Below, one piece after another: positions 35,995-49,899 of a DNA stretch of 64,000 bases. The notes under the pieces are model-generated. The model had not been told where the DNA came from. It searched no databases and saw only the letters and a program-made list of their open reading frames with translations. The position numbers and the translations under genes were made by a program. Within the stretch, counting starts at the first letter, position 1, and every line of letters starts with the position of its first letter. The stretch is from Isurus oxyrinchus (taxonomy: Eukaryota): assembly GCA_026770705.1 (NCBI GenBank), contig JANJGN010000021.1, positions 88,908,001 to 88,972,000 of the forward strand. The letters are read 5' to 3'.

Positions 35995-38900
35995 TTGAAG
36001 CTGGGCTATTGCCTTCATTTCTGCACCACGACCTGGCCATTCAACCAACTGAGCTGCACTGAATTGCAGGCTGGCTGAGGGGCCCAGTTTCCTTTTGAAT
36101 CGACCAGGAATATCAATGCAATCCGATGGGATTGATTGAACCAGCGCAAGAGAATCAGCAATTTTAAACGCGGGTTATCCTCAAAGCCACATACGCTGGT
36201 GATTTCTAAAAAAAAAATGTCACTTCAAGGCGCAAATTGAACTACTGAACTAGCAACACCCACTGGTCAATAGAGCAAGATTCTGCCGTTTGGAAGGCTT
36301 TTCAAATTGTTCTCTTTGTTCCCTGGCACGGAGGCACGCTTTAGTAGTCTTTTCTTACATTCTAATGTATTTAATATACTAAGAAACTGACAGATATACA
36401 CCAATAAAACTAGTTTAGTATAGACTTTTAAAGCCATTTCCAGCAATTTTAAAATCAGGTGGAGGACTGACAGACTTATTAAAAAGGCTTATTTTTACTA
36501 ATTAAATCCGTTCTCAACTCAACTAATTGAAATGCACCGGGCCACCACTTTTGAATACATCAAGGAACACTTTCCATAACAGAAAGGAATAAAACTAAAC
36601 AATTACATGCTATTGCACTGCCTAAATGCACTGGTTCATAGTAGAAGTACGTTGGTGATTATGTAAACAATTTTTAACTGGAATTTAAACTGTTAACCAA
36701 CAGAATTTCTAGGGCATATTGGCACAAATTCCCAGTTATGCTCAAAATGGAAAGCCTGCCCATTGTGTTCAAGTCCCTGGAGTGCGAAGCATTTTGGGGA
36801 GTCCAGGGATGACGAAAAGTGATTTAGAAATGCAAAATTTTGTTTAGCTCTGAATCTGATGTTTGGCCTTTTAAAGCAGGTTGTCAATCATGTTTTAGCG
36901 CTTTTAGTAAGACGTGTTAGAATATGAAAGGCGCTGATCTCCATGAAGAAACTAAGCATGATATGGTAGTTTGGAAGCACAATTATGTGGTTGTTGTTTC
37001 TTTTAGCAAAACAGTTCAGCTTTCAAAGACAGCAAATGGGGTTCGGGAACAGATGCAGCAAAATACACAATACAAGTTAAAGCCAAAATTAGCTTATAGA
37101 AGTGTGCAACTGGCAGATACTATTGTTAATGTGCTAATCATTTAGACAATACCTTAACATGCATCACAACCAAAACCTTCACCCACACCCCAGCCTCAAT
37201 GCCTAATATTTAATAAGTAATCAGTTATCTTCAAAACCATTTGGTGATATGCAACACAGGTGGTGGTTTCCCACTTTTTAATAGCAATTATCATGTAAAT
37301 GAAATTTAAAACTGTCAGAAATTATTTTGTCAGGGTCCTGTATAAAAACTATGAAGGAATTCAACAGGATGCAAGTGGAAAAACTGTTCCCATTTGTTGA
37401 TAACTCCAGAATCAAGAGGCATAAATACAAGGCAGCCACTAACAAATCAAATAAAGAATTTTGTGCAAAGAAATTATTCCTGAGTGATGTGGTTGTGAAA
37501 CTCGTTGCCACATGAACTGGTTGAAGTAGATTGAATTGGTGCACTTAAAAGGAGGCTTGATGGTTGCATTTTCACATTAAATACCCATTAAAATCCCCAC
37601 AGAAAGTTAAGTCTACCAAATTTCATCTCCTAAATACGCTTTTAACAACAGGATAATTGTTTTCTGCCTTCTGTAAACTTGAAGTCATCCAAAACACTCC
37701 ATTACACCATTTTGTAACTTGCATCAAGTCTCATTTATCCATTACTCTCATACTCCTGGTTAAGCAATGCCTCAATTTTAAAATTGTCTTCCTAATTTTC
37801 ATATCCATCTGTGGCCCCACCACTCCCTCATTCAACAAACTCTTCCAGCCCTCCAGGCCTCCGAGGCACTTGCTATTCTCGATTCTGACCTCTTGAACAT
37901 CCCTGATTTTAATTGCTCCACCATTGGTGGTCATGCCTTCAGCTGCCAAGACCCTAAGTTCTGGAACTGCTTCCCTGAACAGCTCTGCCTCTCTTTCTCC
38001 CTTTCCTCCTTAAACTCTTGCTAACATTTACCTTCTTTGATCAAATTCTGTGTGTAGCTTAGTGACAATTTTCTTTTTGATCCTCACTCTCATGAAACAC
38101 CTTGGGTCATTTTGCTAAATTAATGGTGCTATTTAAATGCAATTTAGTTGTTAATATCTTGATCAGAAAGTGAACAGTTTAAACTGTGGAGTCATTTTCC
38201 TGAAATTTGTGAGTTGTTGAAGATTTTAAAACTTCAAATTTTAAATTTTCAGTTTTGTTCTCACTTTTCCATTCAGTCTCTTATTTTCTTTCTATGATCC
38301 AATTTTACCTTCTCTCTCATTATTTCTCTGCCAGTACCTGATTTGGCTCTAATTCATTGTCCTTCTCCATCCCTCCTCAGTTTACATCTTAATCCTAAAA
38401 TCTTAATGATTAAGACTGCAACATAAGAATCTATCTGGACTGCTGCAACCAATTAGCTCTATTACTTTCTTAACATCCAGAATTATAATTGTGCTTTCTC
38501 TCTAAAGTATGATACTTTTCTGCATTTTAGCATATTTTATTTGACTGTTGGGCCCATTGTACATTCAACCCTAAACATCCTATTACCCTCACCGCATCAT
38601 TATCAGCTTAAATTTCCAGGAAGTTGCAAAAAGCTTTCAACTTAATGGTGCAAGATACCTATCATTTGATATTACATGAACTAGGAGGTACAAAAATAAC
38701 TGCTGGAAGGGGAAGTATTGATGAGTTAAAAATAGGTTTATTTCCGTAACATAGCTCAATGACTCAGACATTGCATTAAAAAACAATCAGAATCCAATAC
38801 TTGGATTTCTGCATTAACAGAGTGACTGAGTGCAGTGTCAAAAGGGTTAACATTGTAGCTAAATCAGTTACAGCACACTTTTGAGTGATGGTGTAAAACA

Positions 38901-39608
38901 CACCATAATGAATTTGCCTCCTACAATACACCCGCACGACTTTCCTTTACTTTAAAGTCAATAGAAGCAAAAATTAAATGGTGTATAATGGGCGGTCGAC
39001 TCAATATTGTCCATCTTACACTCTCTCTCAAAGTTAAAATTGCCACAAAGATTTTCTGAGGAGGTAAGTCTGATGAGTTCCTGTTATTTTTTTCTATGTT
39101 TAGTGTCGTGGTCTGGGTGTCACTAGCAAGGCTGAACCTTATTGCCCGTTTCTAGGCCAGTCCTGAAAGCATTTAGGAGGTAATCACGTTGGAACTGGGG
39201 TCACGTACAGGTCATACATGTGAGGAGGACAGCTTTCCCTTTCTAGTTAGACCAGTTGCATTCCCCATTTTACAGGCTATTTTATTTCTTGGTTGCTATG
39301 AGTTTTCTCCCGTTTCCTTTGTTCTGCTCTTTTTAAAAGTGATACCGTCTGTCATATCAGTTCTGAGGAATGGTCTTATTCATTGTTGGAATCCTTATTT
39401 GTCCTAGATGGTTTGATACAAGTAAATCAATCCTTGTTGGTGTTGGACTGATGTCACTTAGGCCAGACTGAGTAAAGGAAATTAGTGCACTGCTTGGCTT
39501 TTTATGATAATCTAATTGATCTAATGCACTATTGCTGACTTTTGATTCTGAACATACTAAGACGAATTCAAATTCTCAACCTGCTCTCGTGGTGTTTGAA
39601 CTCGTGTT

Positions 39609-39748
39609 GAAAACAAAGAAAACTGCGGATGCTGGAAATCTAAAACAAAAACAGAATAAGGGTCATGAGGACTCGAAACGTCAACTCTTTTCTCCTCCGC
39701 CGATGCTGCCAGACCTACTGAGTTTTTCCAGGTAATTCTGTTTTTGTT
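39609..39748. mobile_element. Short Penelope-derived insertion inside a SINE
   Basis: 3' part is almost identical to 11260-11345. Perfect 14-bp TSD TTTGAACTCGTGTT at 39595-39608 and 39749-39762. Confidence 0.8.
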
Positions 39749-39779
39749 TTTGAACTCGTGTTCCCTGGATTAAAGAAAG

Positions 39780-40110
39780 AAAGATTTGCATTTATGTAGC
39801 TCCGTTCATGAAGTCCAGACAGCACAAGGCACTTTACAGCTAATTTAAACACTTGTGAAGCTGTTGTAACATAGGAAACAAAGCAGCCAATTTACGCACG
39901 CAAGGTTCAACAAACAGATAATGAGCGGAGAAACCCTTTTAGTGCTGGTGCTTGAGGGATAACAGTGGCCAGGCCACCAGGGGGAATTTAATTGCTCTTT
40001 TTCAAAGTAGTGTCACCTGAGAAGGCAGCTAAAACATCTAACCTTAAAGAAGACCCCTCTGCACTGGAAGTGTCAGTGTAAAATTTGTTCTCAAGTCCTT
40101 GGAGTGGGCT
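39780..40110 (-). mobile_element. Deu-domain-type (SacSINE1-like) SINE (copies at about 33005-33170/33760-33900, 40560-40830, 46650-46775, 5440-5605, 54000-54345)
   Basis: Recurrent TTGCATTTAT...CTTTACAGC...GTCACTGTTGTAA.GTAGGAAA...GCAGCCAATTT motif. Family name is from recall only. Confidence 0.55.
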
Positions 40111-42868
40111 CAGTCCCCTCCTGGCTGTGGTAGCTTATGGATGCGTGCTTTCTTGCCTGGCTCCTCGCTTGATGTGGCATGGTGCCCTTCAAGTTACATA
40201 ATCAATCATCTTTCCCTAATGGATAGAGAATGCCTATAGTCCTTCATGGACTGTGGCTAATTACTTATCTTGGAGCCAGACTTAAACGTTCTGAGCCAAG
40301 ATTGACACCTCCCACTATTCTAAAGGCAGCAACATTACATGACCGTACACTTTTAATGATTTAAAACAGTTACTCCATTGGAGTTTAGAGCTCATTGTTG
40401 ACGTGTAGTGTTTGCATGCTGCAGCCTTCGTTGGAGCACCAATAACCACAGCAGGAGCCACAGACTGCTTCCTGTGTACAGCCGCTTTATGCAGCCCACT
40501 GTCTAAGTGTGAAAACCCCAGTCACCTCACTGCTCTTATACCTCATGCAGATCCTCTGTAAAGCCCTCAGCAAGGGTATTGTTTTTAGTGGGACGGTACC
40601 AGCTGCTCACCATGCCTGGGGTGAGACCAAAGACATGTCTGCTCTCTCAGGCGGGTTAAAAGATCTCACTGCTTTATTTGGAAGGAGAGATTGGAGGTTC
40701 CTCCAGTCAGTATTTATCCCTCAACCAATGTTATCAAAAGCAGCTTAATTAGTCACATTTCGCTGATTTTTGTGGAAGCTTGCTGTGCAGTGAATTTGCT
40801 GCTGTGCTTCCTAAGTCATAGCAATGACTATTTGTATTTTTGTATTCTCTAATGTTTGGAAGAATGAAAGGTGATCCCCCATTGAAGTGTATAGAATTCT
40901 TACAGGGCTTGGGAGGGTAGATGCAGGAAGGGTGTTTCCCCTGGGTCGGTTGGGGGGGGTGGCGGTGTCTAGAAGCAGTTAGAATAACAGGTAGGCCATT
41001 TAGGACTGAGATGAGGAGGATTTTCTTCAGTCAGCGAGTAGTGAATCTTTGGAATTCTTCACGCCAGAGGGCTGTGGGAGCTCAGTCATTGAGTATGTTG
41101 AAAGCAAAGGTCAATAGATTTCTAGATACCAATGACATCAAGGGATGTGGAGATGGCATTGAGGTAAAAGATCAACCATGATCTAGTGAAATGGTGGAGC
41201 AGGTTCCAGAGGCCGAATGGCCTACTTCTGCTCCTCTCCTGCTATGTTGCTGTTACACTTCTACAGTACTTAACTGGCTGCGAGATGGTTTGGGACGACC
41301 TGAGTTCATGAAAGGTGCTATAGATATTTTCCTTTTCTGAGTGAGAAGAACGCCTGCTTAGAATACTTTACTTAGTGCTGGCTGAATATTACCTTGTTGA
41401 GGGGGGTTTCTTAACTCCTATATCTCAATTTTACACATCATGAAAATGATTCTTGAAAAAGTATTTTTCAGCAGTTATTGGAGCTGGGACCTCCAAATGT
41501 TGCAAAATCAGCTGCTAAACCGTAATGGCCGGAATTTTACACTTGCCCAGTGTGAGATGGCAAGGCACTGCAGCAGTGAGCTGCAACCTCCCCGCAGGTA
41601 TTTTAACCACAGTAAGAGGCATTAGGTGATTCACTGCCATGGGTTAATTGAAGACCTTAGGAGGCTAATTAATGGAGAGGCGGCAGCATTGTGCTATTGT
41701 CACTAGACTGGTATTCCAGAGATCCAGGGTAATGTTCTGGGTTTGAATCCTACCACAGCAGATGGTGAAGTTTGAATTCAATAAAAATCCAGAATTAACC
41801 TGGCTGACCATGAAACCCTTGCTGATTGTCATAAAAAAAACCCATCTGGTTCACTAATGACCTTTTAGGGAAGGAAATCTGCCATCCTTACCTGGTCTGG
41901 CCTACATGTGACTCCAGACTTTTAACTGCGCTTGTTCAGAGGGCATTTAGGAATGGGCTCAAGTTTTATAATACTTAATTTAGTGCTGGCTGAATATTAC
42001 CTAGTTAAGAAGGATTTTTTTATTTCATCGGGATAAATAAAAATAATCCCACTGCGTCTGGGATCTTTCTTGCAGTGTGGGAACCCAGTGCTAATTGTCC
42101 AGGGAAAAGCTGGCAGTGTCGTGGATGGGTTATGTTGGGCACTCTATGTCCATCAGAGGCCACCCCCCCCCCCCCCCCCCCCGACCCCCCCCTCCCTCCC
42201 GACACACCTCCTTTCACAATTGCCCTTTACCTCTGCCCACTCTGACCTCAAACCCATCCCATCCTTTCACTGGGACCTGCCACCCTGGCACCAGTGAGAT
42301 GCCAGTCTTGTTGCCACCCAGGCTCCATGCCTCCTCTGCCTGCAGTCCCAGCAGTGGCCACCACCTCCAGCAGCGCTGCTTGCCCTAGAGCATTTCCGGC
42401 CACTTGATTGGCTATCAGCTCTCGGAGGCAGGACCTCTATCAAAGTAAATTTGACACCGAGCCACATTTAGGTAAAGTCATAGAGGTCTACAGCACAGAA
42501 AAAGGCCCTTCGGCCCATTGAGTCTGTGCCAGTCAAACAGTACCGAACTATCCTGATCCCATTTTCCAGCACTAGGCCCATAGCCTTGTTTGCCATGGCA
42601 TCGCAAGATATTGGAGAAGGTGACCAAAGGCTTGGCCAAAGGTGGTTTTAAGGAATGTTTTCAAAGAAAGAATTTTTTTCTATTCTTTCATGGGGCATGT
42701 GTGTCTCCGGCAAGGTCTTCATTTATTGCCATCCCTAATTGCCCCTGAGAAGGTGATGGTGAGCTGCTTTCCTCAACCGCTGCAGTCTGTGTGGTGTAGG
42801 TACACCCACAGTGCTGTTAGGGAGGGAGTTCCAGGATTTTGACCCAGCGACAGTGAAGGAACAGTGAT

Positions 42869-45800
42869 ATAGAAACATAGAAAATAGGAGCAGGAGTAGG
42901 CCCTTCGAGCCTGCTCCACCATTCATTATGATCATGGTTGATCAGCCAACTCAATAACCTGCTCCCACTTTCTCTCCATATTCTTAGATCCCTTTCGCCC
43001 AAAGAGCCATATCAAACTCCTTCTTGAAAACATACAATGTTTTGGCCTCAACTGCTTTCTGTGGTAGTGAATTCCACAGGCTCACCACTCTCTGGGTGAA
43101 GAAATTTCTCCTCATTTCAGTCCTAAATGGTCTATTCTTCATCCTCAGAATGTGACCCCTGGTTCTGGACTCTCGCACCATCAGGAACATCCTTCCTGCA
43201 TTTACCCTGCCTAATCCTGTTAGAATTTTATAGGTTTCTATCAGATCCCCCCCTCACTTTTCTGAACTCCAGTGAACATAATCCTAACCGACTCACTCTC
43301 TCCTCAGATGTCAGTCCCACCATCCCAGGAATCAGTCTGGTAAACCTTCGCTGCACTCTCTCTGTAGCAAGAACATCCTTCAGATAAGGAGACCAAAACT
43401 CCACACAATATTCCAAGTGTGGTTTCAGCAAGGGCCCATATAATTGCAGCAAGATATCCCTGCTCCTGGACTCGAATCCTCGTTATGAAGGCCAACATAC
43501 CATTTGCCTTCTTTACCACTTATTGCACCTGCATGCTTACCTTTGGCAACTGGTGTATGAGGACACCCAGGTCTCTTTGCACATTCCTGTCTCTCAATTT
43601 ATAGCCATTCAGATAATAATCTGCCTTCCTGTTTTTGTTACCAAAGTGGATAACCTCACATTTATCCACGTAATTCATTTGCCATGCATTTGCCCACTCA
43701 CTTGGCTTGTCCAAATCACACTGAAGCATCCTCCTCACAGCTCACCCTCCCACTCAGCTTTGTGTCATCTGCAAATTTGGAGATATCACATTTAATTCCC
43801 TCATCTAAATCATTAATATATACTGTGAATAGCTGGGGTCCCAGCACCGATCTCTACTGTACCCCACAAGTCACTACCTGCCATTTGGAAAAAGGCCCAT
43901 TTATTCCTACTCTTTCTTTCCTGTCTGCCTACCAGTTTTCTATCCATCTCAATACACTACCCCCAATCTCGTGCTTTAATTTTACATGCTAATGTCTTTT
44001 GTGGGACTTTGTCAAAAACCTTCTGAAAGTCCAAATAAACCACATCTACTGGCTCCCCCTCATCAACTCTACTAGGTACATTCTCGAAAAAATTCCAGTA
44101 GATCTGTCAAATATTATTTCCCTTTCGTAAATCCATGCTGACTCTATCTGATTCTGCCACTGTTTTCCAAGTGCTCAGCTATTAAATCTTCTTTAATGGA
44201 CTCTAGAATTTTCCCCACTACCAATGCCAGACAGACTGGTCTATAATTCCCTGTTTTCTCTCTGCCTTCTTTTTTAAATAGTGGGGTTACATTAGCTACC
44301 CTCCAATCTATAGGAACTGTTCCAGAGTCTATAGAATCTTGGAAGATGACCACCAATACATTCACCATTTCTTGGGCCACTTCCTTAAATACTCTGGGAT
44401 GTAGATTATCAGGACCTGGAGATTCATCGGCCTTCAATCCCATCAATTTCTCCAGCGCCATTTCCCTAATACTGATTTCTTTCTGTTCCTCCCTCTCACT
44501 AACCCTTGTGTTCCTGAACATTTCTGGTCTGTTATTTGTGTCCTCCTTTGTGAAGACAGAACCAAAGTATGTATTTAGTTGGTCGGCTATTTCTTTGTTC
44601 CCCATTATAAATTCCCCTGTTTCTGACTGTAAGGGACCTACATTTGTCTTCATCAATCTTTTTCTCTTCACATAACTATAGAAACTTTTACAGTCAGTTT
44701 TTATGTTCCCCGCAAGCTTACTCTCATACTCTATTTTCCCCTTCTTAATCAATCCCTTGGTCCTCCTTTGCTGAATTCTAAAGTGCTCCCAATCCTCAGG
44801 TCTGTTGTTTTTTGTGGCCAATTTATATGCCTCTTCCTTGGATCTAATACTATCTCTAATTTCCCTATAAGCCATGGTTTGGTCGCCTTTCCTATTTTAC
44901 TTTTGCACCAGACAGGAATAAACAATTGTTGGAGTTCACCCGTGCGCTCTTTGAACATTTGTCATTGCCTATCCGCCATCATCCCTTTAAGTAATGTTTC
45001 CCAATCCATCATGGCCAACTCACACCTCATACCATCATAGTTTCCTTTATTAAGATTCAGGACTCTAGTCTCAGAATCAACTACATCACTCTCCATCTTG
45101 ATGAGGAATTCTATCATATTATGGTCAATCATCCCCAAGAGGCCTCGCACAACTAGGTTGCCAATTATTCCTTTCCCATTACACAATACCCAGACTTGGA
45201 TGGCCTGTTCTCTAGTTGGTTCTTCAATGTATTGTCCAGAAAACCATCTCATATACACTCCAGGAATTCCTCCTCTATGGTATTGTTACTAATTGGACTT
45301 GCCCAATCTATATGCAGATTAAAGTCACCCATAATTACAGACGTTCCTTTATTGCATGAGTCTCTAATTTCCTGTTTAATGCCATTCCCAACATCACCAC
45401 TACAGTTTGGGGATCTATATACAACTCCCACTAACGTTTTATGCCACTTAGTGTTTCTCAGCTCTACCCATACAGATTCCAAATCGTTGGAGCTAATATC
45501 TTTCCTCACTCATTCATTAATTTCCTCTTTAATCAGCAATGCAAATCCGCCCCTATTTCCTTTTTGTCTGTCCTTCCTAAAAACTGAATACCCCTGAACC
45601 TTCAGTTCCCATCCCTGGTCATCCTGCAGCCATGTCTCCGTAATCCTGACTATATCATACCTGTTTACATCTATTTGCATGGTTAATTCATCCACTTTAT
45701 TGTGAATGCTCCTTGCGTTAAGGCACAAAGCCTTAAGGCTTGTCTTTTTAACATTACTTGTCCCGTTCCCACTATTTTTCACTGAGGACCTGTTTGATTC

Positions 45801-46452
45801 TTGCCCTTGATTTCTCTACCTATCACTTTTCTTATTCCCCTTTCTGTCTTTTGTTCCTGACCTTGATTCCCCCTCCTCTGACTCCTTGCATAGGTTCCCA
45901 TCCCCCTGCCATTTCAGTTTAAACCCTCCCCAATTACTCTAGCAATTATTCCCCCGGGGACATCAGTCCCGGTCCTGCCCAGGTGTAACCCGCCTAGTTT
46001 GGACTGGTCCCACCACCCCCAGAACTGATTCCAATGTCCCAGGAATCTGAAACCCTCCACCTCACACCATCTTTTCAGGCACGTATTCATCCGATACATC
46101 CTGCTATTTCTACTCTGACTAGCACATGGCACTGATAGTAATCCTGAGATCACTATCTTTGAGGTCCTACTTTTCAACTTACTTCCTAACTCCCTATAGT
46201 CTGCTTTTAGGACTTCATCTCTTTTTTTAGCTATGTCGTTTGTACCAAAATGTACCACGGCCACTGGCTGTTCACCCTTAGAATATCCTTTAGCCGCTCT
46301 GAGACATCCTTGACCCTAGCACCAGGGAGGCAACATACCATTCTGGAGTTTCGTTTGCGGCCACAGAAATGCCTCTCAACCCCCGCTTTTTCAACTCCCG
46401 GCTCCTCTTGCGCTCCTCTTCAAGTGCCGACTCCACTCATGCTCCTCTTCCT
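42869..46452 (-). mobile_element. Near-full-length CR1 LINE (ORF1 SGNH-esterase remnant, ORF2 AP endonuclease and RT, disrupted), nested in another LINE
   Basis: VVHFGTNDI...IVISGLL...GLHL (45914..46264). LCLNARSI, ITETWL, VIMGDFN (APE). SPGPDNLHPRV, ANVTPLFKK, GNYRPV, HLEYCVEFWSP (RT region). TTTCTATG-type 3' tail. Splits the LINE at 42660-42868 / 46453-46650. Confidence 0.92.
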
Positions 46453-49020
46453 GTTTCCAAGTCAGGATGGTGAGTGGCTTGGAGGGGAACTTGCAGGTGG
46501 TAGTGTTCCCTTGTATCTGCCACCCTTGTCCTTCTAAATAGTAGAGGTTGTATATTTGAAAGGTGGTGTCGAAGGAGGCTTGGAGAGTTACTGCAGTGTA
46601 TCCTGCATGCAGTGCACACTGCTGCCAATTTACCTCGGTGGGTGGAGGGATTGAATGCATTTGAACAGCACCTTTTATGACTTCAGATGCCCTATGATGT
46701 TTTGCAGCCAATGAAGTACATTTGAAACATAGTTACTGTTGTAACGTAGGAAACGTGGCAGCTAGTCTGAACACAGGAGAGAGAGGTTAAAGAGTAGATG
46801 TTATGGGGTGAGTTTTTTAGGGTCTTGATGGCTGATGGCATGGCTGCTAATTATAAGGCATCTGAAATAGAGAGGTGGTTGTTGCAAAGAACTGGGCTGC
46901 ACAATTCATTGTTCTGCTTGTCTACCTTGCAGTTTCCTGTTCTGTAGAGTTGGACTAATGTCCATGGCCATTACTTCAGTGGTTTAGTGGACAGGAAGCC
47001 ACACATAAGAACAAAATAGGCTTTATTGTAATCAGGCCTTCACTGAGACAGCTTGAGCATGTAAGCCAAAGAGATCTTCTAAAATATACTCACTCAGCGG
47101 AAACCCAAAGTGATGAGCAGCTTCTCGTTGGTTTTCTGATAAAATAAAATGCAAATTATGAGAAAAGCATCCCAATTTCTCATGCTGGAAAGTAGCTGAT
47201 TGGAACTCGATGGGACAAATTTGGGTTTCAGGAAATTTCAATCTTAAGCAGCACAATGTGCTGAACAATATTGGCAGCTATTTGTTTTAAATATAAGTTG
47301 TGAATATTCAGATATTTAGAGGTTTTTAATGATCAGAAGGTTATTCGGTGTTTAAATACCTTATGGGAATGCCAAAAAAATGTAACAAAATGACTTAGAT
47401 GCAATTTACAACAGAATGATTTTCATTTTGAAAAGCTTAACCCAAATGATAGGGGGCTGGTTAAGTTGGCTAAATAGTTAACGTGTGGCTCCGATGTGTG
47501 TCCAACAGCATGGGGCTTGGTTTCCCCACACTGGTGAAGGTAGACTTGGGGACTCCTCCTCACCCAATAGGCAGAGAAAAAAAAAATCACAGCCTATGTA
47601 CATGGTTCAGCAAATGATCATCAGGGGCCTGCGTTTGGGCAGAGAACTGATGATAGTAATGATGTACCAAAACACTGCAAGTGATAAGAAAGACAGCCAC
47701 TGAAGTAGGTGAGCTATATGGTGACTTTTTTATTGGGGCTACTTAAACTGCTGGCCAGGCAGGAACACCAGAGGATCACCTGGCAGGCCAGTTTTATACC
47801 CGATCCACTATTATTCTTCAGCATGGCTAGGACTAAATGCTGGTACTCCTTGACACTGTGAGATGACCTTCACCATGCTGACTGCAGAACTTCAAGAAGG
47901 TGGCCCCGCTCAACGATGGATAATAAATGCCAATCTTGCCAGTGACACCCACATCACAAAAAAGAATTTTAAATGGAAGAAACTACAATGTGCACGTGCT
48001 TGAGTGTTACTTTATTCTTTCTAAAGGTTGCTGTGGGTTCACTATACTTCCTGTGAGACTACACAGGAAGTTAATCAAATGTTTCTGTCCATGGCCTGAA
48101 TCAAGATTCCCCTAGCCTTTTGGCCACTATGTAGCATGATGCCAGCATATGTTATCCATCATATTGTCTAGGACTCCAACTTAATGACATAGAATAAGCA
48201 TAAAATGGCATAGAACATAAAGCACAGTAACAGGCCATTTGGCCCGACTAATCTCTACTGTTGTTTATACCTTACAAGGGTCTCCTCCCATTCCACCTAC
48301 CTCATCTCAGTCTTTTGGATATTCTCCCTTTCCACTTTCCCTCATGGTTTGTCTAGTTTCCTTTTGAGAGCATCTAAGTTCTTTGCCCCGGCTGCTTCTT
48401 ATAGTGGTAGCGAGTTCCACTTCGAGTGAAGAAATTTCTCCTTATTTCCCTAATGGATGTATTAATAACTATCCTGCAACTATGGTCCCTAGTTTTGGAT
48501 CCCCTCACAAGTGGTAACTTTCTCTCCACATCTACCCTGCACAACCAAATCATAATTTTCTAGTCCCATATTGGACGTCTAGATCTTCTCTTTTCTCCAG
48601 AAGAAAGCCCAATCTGTTCAATCTTTCGGTTAGCTGTAACCTTTCAGTTCTGGTACCATCCTTGTAAATGTTTGCATTTTCCCCAGTGCTATTAAGTCCT
48701 TTTTATAGTATGAAGACCCAAATTACACACAGTGCAGCCTGACCAAGGTCCTAAATAAGTTTGACATCATTCTTCTGAATTCTGCATTTCTAGAAATAAA
48801 GCCTAGTGCTTTATTATTTTTAATTGCTTTGCAGGCCTGAGATGCTGTTTTTAATACATTATACACATGCATCCCTATATCACTGTGCTCTCTATCTCAT
48901 TCAGTTTATTATTCCTTCAGGTGTAGGCAATGGTTCTACTTGTCCTACCAAAGTGCTTTATGTTATGTTTATCTGAATCTGAATAACTGCTAATCATTAG
49001 TATCTGCTTTAAATGTTTTA

Positions 49021-49899
49021 TTGCTGAGAAAAGAGACATGCTACCTAAGATTTTCATCTTGCACTCGTCACGATAGCTTGCAAGAAGTTACAAAACTGTA
49101 ACGGGAACAACAATTTATACTGCATTATAAGAGAGTGCTGATTGGTGGGCAATTTGATTCTGATTGGTGGAGGCCCTGGGAATGAACCAGGCAATGATTA
49201 TTCCCTAAGCTTTTGTTTAGATGAAAAAGGTGCAAAATGTGCACATGTTCACATGCACATTATATAGGCCATACGTCCTAACGACTGGTGGATCTCATCA
49301 AGCAGCACATCCCTTCAGCTGTTCTCAACAGGTAGATTACTAACCGTACCCAACCAGCCTGTGCTTGCAAAACTCAAAATATTGTCCGACAAGAGATGTG
49401 ATTCTGTGATAGGACAGCCCCTGCTAAACAATCCTGATTGTGCTAATAATTACACAGAAAAAGAATGTAAGATTATCAGTCAGGCTCACAGTATGGCTCA
49501 TTTATGCATTTTAGGAGCCACATATATTCACACACGGGGCCCTGTCCTTTGCAGACAGAAGGATCATGTGCACACTTTGTACCTTTCTCATCTAAACAAA
49601 AGCTTAGGGACCAGTCATTTCTGGTTCATTCTCCAGGGCAATGCATTGACAATCAGAGTTGACCTGCCCAGTTTGAATTTGAACAAAGCTGGGCAGCTAA
49701 CTGCATCATGCTGCATTCTCCATGGCAGCGCCTCCATCAGTCAGAGTCCACTTGCCAACCAATCAGCCCTCTCTTCCTATGCAGGATAAATTAAAGTTTG
49801 GTAATTGCTTGTGAGCTGTCCTGATGAATGCAAGACGAAATCTTAGATAGCGGGCCTCTTTTCTCAGCAATACTCAAGTTCTGTACTACTAAATGACTA
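49021..49899 (+). mobile_element. Second Penelope family: truncated copy with an inverted terminal duplication of about 230 bp and a GIY-YIG C-terminal remnant
   Basis: ORF 49361..49789 (DSVIGQPLLNNPDCANNY...LCRQK) resembles a Penelope endonuclease C-terminus. Inverted ends TTGCTGAGAAAAGAG / CTCTTTTCTCAGCAA. 13-bp TSD TTTAAAT(G/C)TTTTA at 49008-49020 and 49900-49912. Confidence 0.78.
49815..49851 (+). ncRNA. Degenerate minimal hammerhead ribozyme motif
   Basis: GCUGUC-CUGAUGA-AUGCAAGAC-GAAA-UCUUA-GAUAGC: 6-bp stem I (one GU pair), canonical CUGAUGA and GAAA cores, damaged stems II and III. Confidence 0.5.
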
